This document shows positions 1-7,893 of a stretch of DNA of 64,000 bases, one piece after another. How positions within the stretch are numbered: the first letter of the stretch is position 1; every line of letters begins with the position of its first letter. The translations under genes were made by a program, and so were the position numbers. The notes under the pieces are model-generated. The model had not been told where the DNA came from and ran no database searches. It saw nothing but the letters and a program-made list of their open reading frames with translations. This stretch comes from Candidatus Xenobia bacterium (lineage in GTDB: Bacteria; Vulcanimicrobiota; Xenobia; Xenobiales; QWHO01): contig BTUM01000001.1 of assembly GCA_045863235.1 (NCBI GenBank), forward strand, positions 320,001-384,000, in the 5' to 3' direction.

Positions 1-1716
1 ATTGACGACGAGACGCACCGGCAAGGCAAGTTCAACCGTCTGGCCCACGCTCAATTCTTGATCAACATGCGCGAGCATGGAGCCCGCGTGGTCTTCCTCG
101 ATCTCTTGTTTGACAACCCCCGCGACGAGGAGATGGATGCTGCACTGACCGAGGCCGTCAACGAGACGGGTCTGGCCGTGCTGGCCTGTGCCCTCGGACT
201 CCAGACGGTCAAAACCGAAACAGGAGATTCGAAGATCAATCAGCGAGGCACCCTGATCGAAAGCCTGGAGGAAAGCCTTGCGGCAGGCCGCGCTCTTCCC
301 GGGCTGATCAACTGTTACAACGACCCGACCGACCAGAAAATCCGTACCGCCGCGCTGGCCATCCAGTCTCCTGACCTCGACCGCCCCTGGCCGGCGGCCG
401 CCCTGGCAATCTATGCCCGACTCCATCAACTCAACCTGCATGACATCAAGTATGACGCCGTCAACCACGTCATCCTGGCCCCACCGGCCAGCATTCCTGT
501 GTCAGTCCACGACACCGAGGATTCTACCCGCTACATGCTGCCCATCTACTACCTTCCCCGGGCGACAGGTCCGGATCTGAGTCCTTCCCGGCGCGCGATG
601 CCTGTTATCCCCTACCACGAGTTGATCGACCCCGATAGCCCGACCCTGAAGGCGGTCAAAGACGCCGTCGTGATCGTGGGGGACAACACCGATGGCGACA
701 CAGACCTCTATCCGACGCCGGTAGGACCGATGAAAGGGTTCGAAATCCATGCTCAAATTCTGAATACCCTTCTGACCGGCCCGTACGCGCGACCTCTTCC
801 TGACTGGGTCCAGGGTCTGGTAAGCTACCTTCTCAATCTCGCCATTGCTATGGCCATCTTGCGCTCTCGCTCCAAGTGGACCGCCATGTTCTCGGCCGTG
901 GCCCTGCTCGGGGTGCTGCTGGGAGTCTACGGGGCGCTCTTCCGTCTCGGCTGGCAGACCGGCATCGCCGGCACCATCGGAGGCTACCTGACCACCCTGA
1001 TGCTGGCCACCACCGCTCGTCTTCTCCTGACGGCACAGGTGCTTCAAAGATTCATTCCGCCGGAAGTGGTCAGCGCCGTGATGGCCGCCGGCAGCGCCAA
1101 GCCCAGGAACGAGATCGCCACGATTATCGTGACCGATATCCGGGGATACACCACCTTGTCTGAGAGCAGGACTCCGGTCCAAATTCTCAAGTTGCTCAAT
1201 GAGTATCACAGCGTCACGGTGGCCATCTACGAGAAACACGGCGGCCGGGCCCTCACCTACCAGGGAGACGCCCAGATCATCGCCTTTCTCCAAAGGAAAG
1301 GACGCAATCAAACCGCCGCCGCCATTCGGGCGGCCTACGAGATGCAGAAGGCTGTCGATATCCTCCGGGAGCGTTGGGGAATCTTCAACCAATCCGAATT
1401 CGATGTGGGTGCGGCGGTTTGCACCGGACCTCTCACCATCGGAGAGATCGGCACGACCGGCTCAGGCCGAGCTGAGTACACCGTCATCGGCGAAACCGTC
1501 AGGTTGGCTCATAAGATCCAATCATTGAGCCAGGTACTCCGCTGCAATGTGTTGATGGACGAGGCCAGTTTCCACGCCTCCAAGCTCTCAATGCACGCCG
1601 AGGAGTTCAAGAATCGCCAGCTTGAGGGTGTGGAGATTCCGGTTACCCTTTACGGGCTCCGTTCGCTGGTCGTTCCGGGAAAGAAGAGTGGGGTCAGACT
1701 GGGTTTGGAGCGTTAG
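1..1716 (+). CDS. CHASE2-domain class III adenylate/guanylate cyclase (5' truncated by window edge)
   Basis: Frame is open from base 1 (IDDETHRQ...GARVVFLDLLFD, CHASE2-like). It has the TPVGPMKGFEIHA motif, 3 TM helices, then cyclase motifs TDIRGYTTLSE, YQGDA and EYTVIGETV. Confidence 0.85.
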   Translation: MDDETHRQGKFNRLAHAQFLINMREHGARVVFLDLLFDNPRDEEMDAALTEAVNETGLAVLACALGLQTVKTETGDSKINQRGTLIESLEESLAAGRALPGLINCYNDPTDQKIRTAALAIQSPDLDRPWPAAALAIYARLHQLNLHDIKYDAVNHVILAPPASIPVSVHDTEDSTRYMLPIYYLPRATGPDLSPSRRAMPVIPYHELIDPDSPTLKAVKDAVVIVGDNTDGDTDLYPTPVGPMKGFEIHAQILNTLLTGPYARPLPDWVQGLVSYLLNLAIAMAILRSRSKWTAMFSAVALLGVLLGVYGALFRLGWQTGIAGTIGGYLTTLMLATTARLLLTAQVLQRFIPPEVVSAVMAAGSAKPRNEIATIIVTDIRGYTTLSESRTPVQILKLLNEYHSVTVAIYEKHGGRALTYQGDAQIIAFLQRKGRNQTAAAIRAAYEMQKAVDILRERWGIFNQSEFDVGAAVCTGPLTIGEIGTTGSGRAEYTVIGETVRLAHKIQSLSQVLRCNVLMDEASFHASKLSMHAEEFKNRQLEGVEIPVTLYGLRSLVVPGKKSGVRLGLER

Positions 1717-1743
1717 CCTGGCGGCACGCTCCGAAGAGGCCGA

Positions 1744-1786
1744 ACCCCGGGCGGAGGAGTGGGGAGGATTCTCCTCCACCCGGGGT
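1744..1786. terminator. GC-rich hairpin between convergent genes, probable terminator
   Basis: Arms ACCCCGGGcGGAGGAG / CTCCTCCaCCCGGGGT. The single mismatch is a G-U pair on the minus-strand RNA. No long U tract. Confidence 0.5.
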
Positions 1787-1929
1787 CAGTTCTCAGGCGC
1801 GTCATACGCGCTTTATGGGGCCCGCCAGCCAGCCGCCAGGGGGGAGACGGCCAAGCTTGAGCGGTCAGCCCGCGCTGCGGCGCGGACCCGGGCCTGGGCG
1901 AGGCGCTGGAAGGAGACTCAGCGCCAGGC

Positions 1930-2172
1930 TCAGACCTTGCCGAGCATCCAGAGACTGCTCAGCATCAGTGCCAGGGAGAGCCCGAAGCAGGCCCCCTCTC
2001 TGAGCTCGGTGCAGCGAGCCAGGCGGCCCATCTGATTGAGCAGGCGGCGGAAGGCCCGCTCGAAGCGGCGACGCCGGCGGCGGTCATGACTACGCGGCAT
2101 CATCCAGGTCTGAGGGCGGCGAGGGGTGACGGGTTTCCAGGGCAGGTCCAGGGGGATGGTCTGGGTACTCAT
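1930..2172 (-). CDS. Small basic protein (80 aa) with C-terminal hydrophobic helix
   Basis: GGAGG upstream of ATG, Arg-rich middle, C-terminal GACFGLSLALMLSSLWMLG. Co-oriented downstream of lexA. Confidence 0.55.
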   Translation of the reverse strand: MSTQTIPLDLPWKPVTPRRPQTWMMPRSHDRRRRRRFERAFRRLLNQMGRLARCTELREGACFGLSLALMLSSLWMLGKV

Positions 2173-2247
2173 TGCGGTCTTGTTCCTCCAAGATCGTTCT
2201 TTTTGTGTGTGTTCCCAGGGCGGTCTCAGGCACGTTTTCAGACGGTT

Positions 2248-2454
2248 TCAGACGGTTTCGGCGGTCGAAGCAGACGGATGCGGGAAGGACTCCAGCACCG
2301 TGCTGCCAGGAAAGATCTCGAGTGCTCGCATTACGAACTCGGCGTGTGGAGTGCGCCGACGAGCAGTGCGCGAACGCTGGGGAGTCGCTGTGCGCCAGTC
2401 TCCCTGGGGCACAGTAGTGGTCTTTTGGGCAAAAGAAGGCTTAAGAGGTGACAT
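2248..2454 (-). CDS. Small hypothetical protein (~68 aa)
   Basis: GGAGG 9 nt before ATG 2454 (alternative start 2463). Directly downstream of lexA. Confidence 0.5.
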   Translation of the reverse strand: MSPLKPSFAQKTTTVPQGDWRTATPQRSRTARRRTPHAEFVMRALEIFPGSTVLESFPHPSASTAETV

Positions 2455-2497
2455 TGGCTTCATCCTCCGAGGAAAAATCTGAAGGGAATTCGCAGCT

Positions 2498-3124
2498 CTA
2501 GAGGTATTTTCGGATCAGAGCGGTGACCCGACCGAGGAGTTGGAGCGGTTGGCTCTCGGTCACGACGATGTCGGCAAAGTCGGGGTTGTCCGAGCGCAAA
2601 ATTACGCGCTCTTTCTCGCGCCAGAAACGCTTCACGGTAGCCTCATCATCGATCAGCGCGACCACGATCTCTCCCTGCTGAGCGGTTGGGCGCTTCTCGA
2701 CCAGCACCAGGTCGCCCGGTTGGATGGCCTCTGCCATACTGCGGCCACGCACCCGCAGCAGAAAGCTCTCTCCGCTGACGCCCAGCCAGTCGCTCCGAAT
2801 CGGCAGACGATCCTCCACATTCTCAACGGCGGTGATAGGCAAACCGGCCGCCACCTCCCCCAGGAGAGGGACCATCTGGACCTCGTCCTGGCCGGGTTGG
2901 CCTTCGAGCAAGTGGGGGGTAATCTGGATGGCCCGCGCCTTGGAGTCGCGCCGAATGAACCCCTTCCTTTCGAGCGCCTCCAGGTGCCGCTGCACACCCT
3001 GAGTGGAGTTGAGGTTGAAGTGAGCCGAGATCTCCCGAATCGACGGGGCGTAGCCGCGCTCACGCACCGTCTCGATCAAGAAATTCAGGACCTCGTCTTG
3101 TCGCGCCGTAATCTCTCGGGTCAT
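2498..3124 (-). CDS. lexA: SOS repressor LexA
   Basis: TARQ...GYAPSIREI winged HTH, VAAG cleavage site, GRSM catalytic Ser, TVKR catalytic Lys. GGAGG before ATG 3124. Confidence 0.97.
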   Translation of the reverse strand: MTREITARQDEVLNFLIETVRERGYAPSIREISAHFNLNSTQGVQRHLEALERKGFIRRDSKARAIQITPHLLEGQPGQDEVQMVPLLGEVAAGLPITAVENVEDRLPIRSDWLGVSGESFLLRVRGRSMAEAIQPGDLVLVEKRPTAQQGEIVVALIDDEATVKRFWREKERVILRSDNPDFADIVVTESQPLQLLGRVTALIRKYL

Positions 3125-3139
3125 TTTCGCCTCCAGATA

Positions 3140-3196
3140 GTGGACATTTGTCCACCTTCTGAAAATCATTCTAGTGGACAGGCGTTCACCTGTCAA
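3140..3196 (-). promoter_or_regulatory. lexA sigma70 promoter with two putative LexA operators
   Basis: TTGACA (3196-3191)-17 nt-TAGAAT (3173-3168). Palindromes GTGGAC-ATTT-GTCCAC (3140-3155) and GTGGAC-AGGC-GTTCAC (3174-3189). Confidence 0.85.
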
Positions 3197-3448
3197 GGCC
3201 ATGCTGGAATTTTCTCCAAGATGGCTCCCTGACGCGGGCTCGGTGCCTCGTGAGCTCGGGCCGTGGAGAAGCAGCGGGAGGGCTTTGGGTGCAGGTCGAA
3301 AATAGCTTGGACAGAAAACGTTCAGAGCTTTTTCCTGGCCAGTTGGTAGACCAATAAAATGATGTTGCAGCGCCAAGATCGGGCCGCGAAAGGCCCGGAG
3401 GACTAGATTCGCGGTCTGCTCCAAAGGCTCCTGACCCTTCGGGAGCTC

Positions 3449-5536
3449 TTGGCTGGCCTGCCACGCATCCCGTGGCTCCGCCGCGCATTTCACTGTTTCT
3501 GGATCTTTGCCGGGCTGCTCTTGATCCTGTCAGTCGAGTTCTGGTCCGCTCCGCCCCCCCTGAAAGTGGGCCAGGTCAGCCCCCGAGATGTCATCGCCCC
3601 CCGCACCGTCGAGGTGGAGAACGAGCGCGCCACGCAATCAGCTCGCCAGGAAGCGGCAGAGAGAGTCGAGCCGCAATACGCTTACGACCCCATGCCCGAG
3701 AAAGTATCCGAGCGCAAGGTCGAGGACACCTTTGCAGCCCTCAAGAGGATGGCCGCAGCCTACCAGAATCTCCCGACCGAGGAGTCCGAGCCTGAGATCG
3801 AGCGGCTCAAGAAAGACATCCCTTATCTACCCAAAAACAGTACCCTGACGGTGCTCCTTATCTCGAGCCCCGAGACTCTCCAACAACTCGAGACCACCAC
3901 CCGCCAGTTGCTCTGGAAAGTCCAGCACAATGGGGTGCGCGAGGACCGACTGGCGCAGGCTCGCCAGACCATCGCCTCGGACGCCGAGAAGATGCCGCAG
4001 TTGGGCCCCGAGCAGGTCGTGGCCGTCACTGAGATCGCCAACGGCTGCCTGCTCTTCAACATGAGCCTGGACATGGAGGCCACCATACGCGAGCAGCAGG
4101 CGGCCATGAACCGGGTCGAGCCGGTCCGCAAGATCATCCAAAAGGGCTACAAGATCGTCGGCAAGGGCGAGATGGTCGCGCCCGAGCACCTGCGCGAGAT
4201 GCAAGAACTGGGCCTGCACTCGTCCTGGAACGTGGCCCGTTTCGGCGGCTACGCTCTTCTGGTCATCAGCATGATGACCCTGGTGGCCCTCTATCTGCGC
4301 CGGCAACAAAAGGCCATCTACGAGTCCGACCGAATGCTGGCTCTGACCGGGTTCCTGGTGATCGCGGTGGCCGCCACTACCCGCTCGCTGACCGGCCTCT
4401 CCCCCTACCTGGCACCGGTTGTGACCGCTTCCATCCTGCTGGTCCTGCTGGTAGAAGCCCGCCTGGCCCTGATGGTCACCGTCTTCCTCTCAGCCCTGAT
4501 CGGAGTCGAGACCGAGAACCTGGCCGCGGCCATTGTCAGCCTTCTGACCGGTGTCTCAGGTCTGCTGGCGGTCTCGCGAGCCCAGCAACGAGCCAGCCTC
4601 ATCACAGCCTCGCTGGTCGTCGTCTTCACCAATGCCCTGGGGGCGCTCACCTTCAGCCTGATCGCTTCCGATGACCTCAATACAACCTTGAACGCGCTGG
4701 CCTTCGCGAGTTTGAACGGGCTGACGTCCACCCTGGTCGCAGTAGGCGCCCTGCCCTTGCTGGAGAACCTGTTCGGAATCACCACCAACTTCCGCCTGCT
4801 GGAGATCTCCAACCCCAGCGAGCCACTGCTGCAAAAGCTCCTCAAGGAGGCCCCGGGGACCTACCAGCACTCCATCATGGTGGCCAATCTGGCCGAGTCG
4901 GCTGCTCAGGCGGTCGGGGCCGACGCCCTGCTCTGCAAAGTGGGGGCCTACTACCACGACATCGGAAAAATCAAGCGTCCGCGCTTCTTCGTTGAGAATC
5001 AGACCGGGCAAGACAATCCCCATGATCGGCTCAACCCCAACCTGTCCACACTGATCATCATCTCCCATGTCAAGGATGGCCTGGAGCTCGCCCGTCAGTA
5101 CAAGCTTCCCGACGTCATTCAACGCTTCATCGCCGAGCATCACGGGACCAGCCTGGTATCCTACTTCTACCATCAGGCCATCAGCCGGGCCACCGAGCCG
5201 GTCTTCGAGGAAGACTTCCGCTACCATGGCCCCAAGCCGACCCTGCGCGAAACCGGCATCGTGATGCTCTGCGACGGGATCGAGGCGGCCGCCCGCACCC
5301 TGCCATCGCCCACCCCGGAGGCTATCACCGAGCTGGTCCACAAGATGACCCGCCAGTGTCTCGAGGACGGGCAGCTCGACGAGTGCGACCTCTCGTTCAA
5401 GGACATCACCGCCATCCGCGAGTCGCTGATCCGCTCTCTCAAGGGCATCTATCACACCCGGATCGAGTATCCCGAGCCCAGCTCGCTGGCTTCACCCCGC
5501 CGACAGAACGTTACCAGCCTGCGCAAGAAGGCGTGA
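3449..5536 (+). CDS. 7TM-HD (HDIG) phosphohydrolase, PgpH-like cyclic-di-AMP phosphodiesterase family
   Basis: Extracellular domain, 7 TM helices, APGTYQHS, YYHDIGK, EHHGT, MLCDGIEAA. Upstream of ybeY-dgkA. True start may be ATT 3407. Confidence 0.9.
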   Translation: MAGLPRIPWLRRAFHCFWIFAGLLLILSVEFWSAPPPLKVGQVSPRDVIAPRTVEVENERATQSARQEAAERVEPQYAYDPMPEKVSERKVEDTFAALKRMAAAYQNLPTEESEPEIERLKKDIPYLPKNSTLTVLLISSPETLQQLETTTRQLLWKVQHNGVREDRLAQARQTIASDAEKMPQLGPEQVVAVTEIANGCLLFNMSLDMEATIREQQAAMNRVEPVRKIIQKGYKIVGKGEMVAPEHLREMQELGLHSSWNVARFGGYALLVISMMTLVALYLRRQQKAIYESDRMLALTGFLVIAVAATTRSLTGLSPYLAPVVTASILLVLLVEARLALMVTVFLSALIGVETENLAAAIVSLLTGVSGLLAVSRAQQRASLITASLVVVFTNALGALTFSLIASDDLNTTLNALAFASLNGLTSTLVAVGALPLLENLFGITTNFRLLEISNPSEPLLQKLLKEAPGTYQHSIMVANLAESAAQAVGADALLCKVGAYYHDIGKIKRPRFFVENQTGQDNPHDRLNPNLSTLIIISHVKDGLELARQYKLPDVIQRFIAEHHGTSLVSYFYHQAISRATEPVFEEDFRYHGPKPTLRETGIVMLCDGIEAAARTLPSPTPEAITELVHKMTRQCLEDGQLDECDLSFKDITAIRESLIRSLKGIYHTRIEYPEPSSLASPRRQNVTSLRKKA

Positions 5537-5537
5537 G

Positions 5538-5993
5538 ATGGCTACGCTGCAGGTTTGGGTCAACCAGCTCAGGGTCCCTCGCAACGATCGATTTCCCGTC
5601 GCGTTTTTGCGCATGATAGCCCGCTATGCGGCTGAGGAGGGCGGCTGTCCCGGACCGGCTGAGATCAGCCTGACGCTGACCGACGATCCCTCCATCCACC
5701 AGCTCAACCGCGACTACCGCGGCAAGGACGCCCCCACCGACGTCCTGGCCTTCGCCCAGGAGAGCTCGCCCGGCCCCACCCGGGTCCTGGGAGACGTCAT
5801 CGTCTCGTTGGAAACCGCCCGGCGTCAGGCCGCCCACCAGGGTTGCACCCTGCGCCGAGAGGTAGCCTGGCTGATCTGCCACGGCGTCCTGCACCTGCTT
5901 GGCTATGACCACCGCGACGATACCGAGCTTGCCGCTATGCGCAAGCGCGAGCGAGCGGTACTCGAGCGTCTTGCTCTGGGTCCGCTTCCGTGA
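5538..5993 (+). CDS. ybeY: rRNA maturation endoribonuclease YbeY
   Basis: LNRDYRGKDAPTDVLAF and HGVLHLLGYDH motifs. Confidence 0.95.
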   Translation: MATLQVWVNQLRVPRNDRFPVAFLRMIARYAAEEGGCPGPAEISLTLTDDPSIHQLNRDYRGKDAPTDVLAFAQESSPGPTRVLGDVIVSLETARRQAAHQGCTLRREVAWLICHGVLHLLGYDHRDDTELAAMRKRERAVLERLALGPLP

Positions 5994-6790
5994 GCGAAAC
6001 AAGCGAGCCGGTCGAAGCAGACGTCCCTCTGCCGCGCCGCCAGGTCTTTCTGCCCCCCCCGGTGGGACAGCGCAAGAACCCCTCCCTGATGAGCAGCCTC
6101 GACCACGCCGCCGAAGGTCTGGTCTACGCCGTGCGTCGCGAGCGCAACCTCAAGATCCACTTTGTGATGGCCGTGGCCGCGCTGTTGCTCTGCCTCGGGC
6201 TGGACCTGAACGCCCTGCAACTTCTCTGTGTTGCTTTTGCCATCGTCCTGGTCATCATCACCGAGCTTATCAACACCGCCATCGAGACCATGATCAACTT
6301 GATGACCACGGCCCACCACCCCCTCGCCAAAGTTGCCAAGGATGTCAGTGCGGGGGCGGTCCTGGTCGCCTCGATCAACGCCCTGGTGGTGGCCTACCTG
6401 ATCATGCTGCCCCCGCTCATGCAAATGTTCAACCGCTCCGAGAGCATCATTTTGCGAGTGCAAAAGCACCCGGCCCACGCGGTAGCCCTGGCCATCGCCC
6501 TGATCCTGGTGGCTGTGCTGGTCGGCAAAGCCGTCGGCCACCGCGGGACCTTCACCAAGGGCGGTCTGGTCAGCGGTCACGCGGCCCTGGCCTTCGGGTC
6601 GGCCACCGCCATCGTGCTGATCACTCGCCAACCCCTGGTGGCCGGGCTGGCCTTGCTCATGTCGGCCCTGGTGGCCCACAGCCGGGTGGAGGCAGGCATC
6701 CACCAGTGGCGGGAAGTGGCTCTGGGAGCTTTGTGTGGCACCACCCTCAGCTTGATCGTCTTCTACCTCTTCCAGGTCATCGGCTATTGA
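5990..6790 (+). CDS. dgkA: Diacylglycerol/undecaprenol kinase fused to PAP2 phosphatase
   Basis: ELINTAIE...AKVAKDVSAGAVL (DgkA) followed by SGHAALAF...SRVEAGIH (PAP2). Confidence 0.9.
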   Translation: MSETSEPVEADVPLPRRQVFLPPPVGQRKNPSLMSSLDHAAEGLVYAVRRERNLKIHFVMAVAALLLCLGLDLNALQLLCVAFAIVLVIITELINTAIETMINLMTTAHHPLAKVAKDVSAGAVLVASINALVVAYLIMLPPLMQMFNRSESIILRVQKHPAHAVALAIALILVAVLVGKAVGHRGTFTKGGLVSGHAALAFGSATAIVLITRQPLVAGLALLMSALVAHSRVEAGIHQWREVALGALCGTTLSLIVFYLFQVIGY

Positions 6791-6815
6791 CACCCTGTTA
6801 ACATCCTGATAACAT
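6787..6815 (+). promoter_or_regulatory. Sigma70-type promoter overlapped by two TGWTAACA motifs
   Basis: TTGACA-17 nt-TAACAT. TGTTAACA at 6796-6803 and TGATAACA at 6807-6814. Confidence 0.6.
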
Positions 6816-6873
6816 AACTCACCCGGGCCCAAGGTTCCGGGCGGGGTCATCCTCCGAAACCGAGGTGACCCGA

Positions 6874-7893
6874 ATGCAGCAGCCCCCGGATCGACTCCAC
6901 TACCCCACCGTAACCCAGCTTTCGCAGAGCGTTCCTCAACAGCTCTCGCACTGCATGACCCAGCTCCCCCTCTGGGAAAGGCGACTGCTCTGGCACCGTT
7001 TCATTCTTCTGGTCCTGGGCCTCGTCACCGTGATCGCCTTCAACCTTTCCTTCGCCTGGGGCTTTCCTGCCCTCTTGCTCTTGTCGCTCCACGCCCTGAG
7101 TGGATCGGCCTGCAGCCAGCCGCTTGCCCAGTGGCAGCGTTGCCAACAGACCTTAGAGCGGTTGGGAAGCCTGGCGGAGGCCCTGCAGAGGCTTGGCCTG
7201 AGCGTGGTTGACGTGGTAGCAAACTGCGTGCCGCTCAAGCGAGAGGAGACCCTGCTCTGGCGCAAAGAAGACGGCTCTGAGGTGGAGAAACTGTATCAGG
7301 TCCGCTGGGTCAGCATCAGCTCCCCCGGCCTGAAGGTTCGTTTGCTCGATACCTTGCACGAGCTCGAGCGCTCCGGCGCCTGCCCCGAGTACGGTGCCGG
7401 CTCCTCTTGCGACACGACTCCCAGCTCATCGGTCGAGCTCGAGCTAACCCGAACCGAGCACCGCAGCCTTGAGCGCCTCCGCCACCGCATTTACTCCCAT
7501 CAGGCCGGCCGCCGGCCCAAGGTCCACTCGGCTCTTGGAAGCCTGAAAATCGTGTGGGGCTGGGACCAGGAGGCCAACCCTGGCCTGCTCCTGGAGGCTC
7601 TGGCATGGTTCAGCCTCTGGTCACGCACCCTGGACCGACCGGTGGATGCTCCCTGCCCAGGCTGCGACACCGAGCTCGTCGGTGGTGGTTGCCAGAACTG
7701 CGGGGGCGCCTGGGTAGGCCCGGGAACCCGACTGGAGCCCTGCCGCCGGGGGCGCCACCCTGCCGGAGCCAGGCTCTGCCCCTGCTGCGACCGGCTGATG
7801 GAGGTCGAGCAGGGCGTGGACACTTGCCCTCACTGCCTGGGCTTCTGGGTTTCCAGGAACTTTTCAGGCTTACCCAGTATCCTGACGGCATGA
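6874..7893 (+). CDS. Membrane protein with two C-terminal zinc ribbons (zf-TFIIB-like)
   Basis: Two N-terminal hydrophobic helices. CPGC..CQNCGGAW and CPCC..CPHCLGFW. GAGGTG RBS. Confidence 0.65.
   Translation: MQQPPDRLHYPTVTQLSQSVPQQLSHCMTQLPLWERRLLWHRFILLVLGLVTVIAFNLSFAWGFPALLLLSLHALSGSACSQPLAQWQRCQQTLERLGSLAEALQRLGLSVVDVVANCVPLKREETLLWRKEDGSEVEKLYQVRWVSISSPGLKVRLLDTLHELERSGACPEYGAGSSCDTTPSSSVELELTRTEHRSLERLRHRIYSHQAGRRPKVHSALGSLKIVWGWDQEANPGLLLEALAWFSLWSRTLDRPVDAPCPGCDTELVGGGCQNCGGAWVGPGTRLEPCRRGRHPAGARLCPCCDRLMEVEQGVDTCPHCLGFWVSRNFSGLPSILTA

Noticed and set aside
2236..2264. Tandem repeat TTTCAGACGG x2 plus a degenerate third copy
   Set aside because: Too short, with no spacers. It is probably a local duplication around a stop codon, not CRISPR.
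3340..3448. Hairpins in the pgpH leader as a possible c-di-AMP or c-di-GMP riboswitch
   Set aside because: No recognisable ydaO or GEMM consensus elements.
3125..3493. N-terminal extension of LexA in the ORF track (331 aa)
   Set aside because: The promoter, operators and RBS lie inside it. The real start is ATG 3124.
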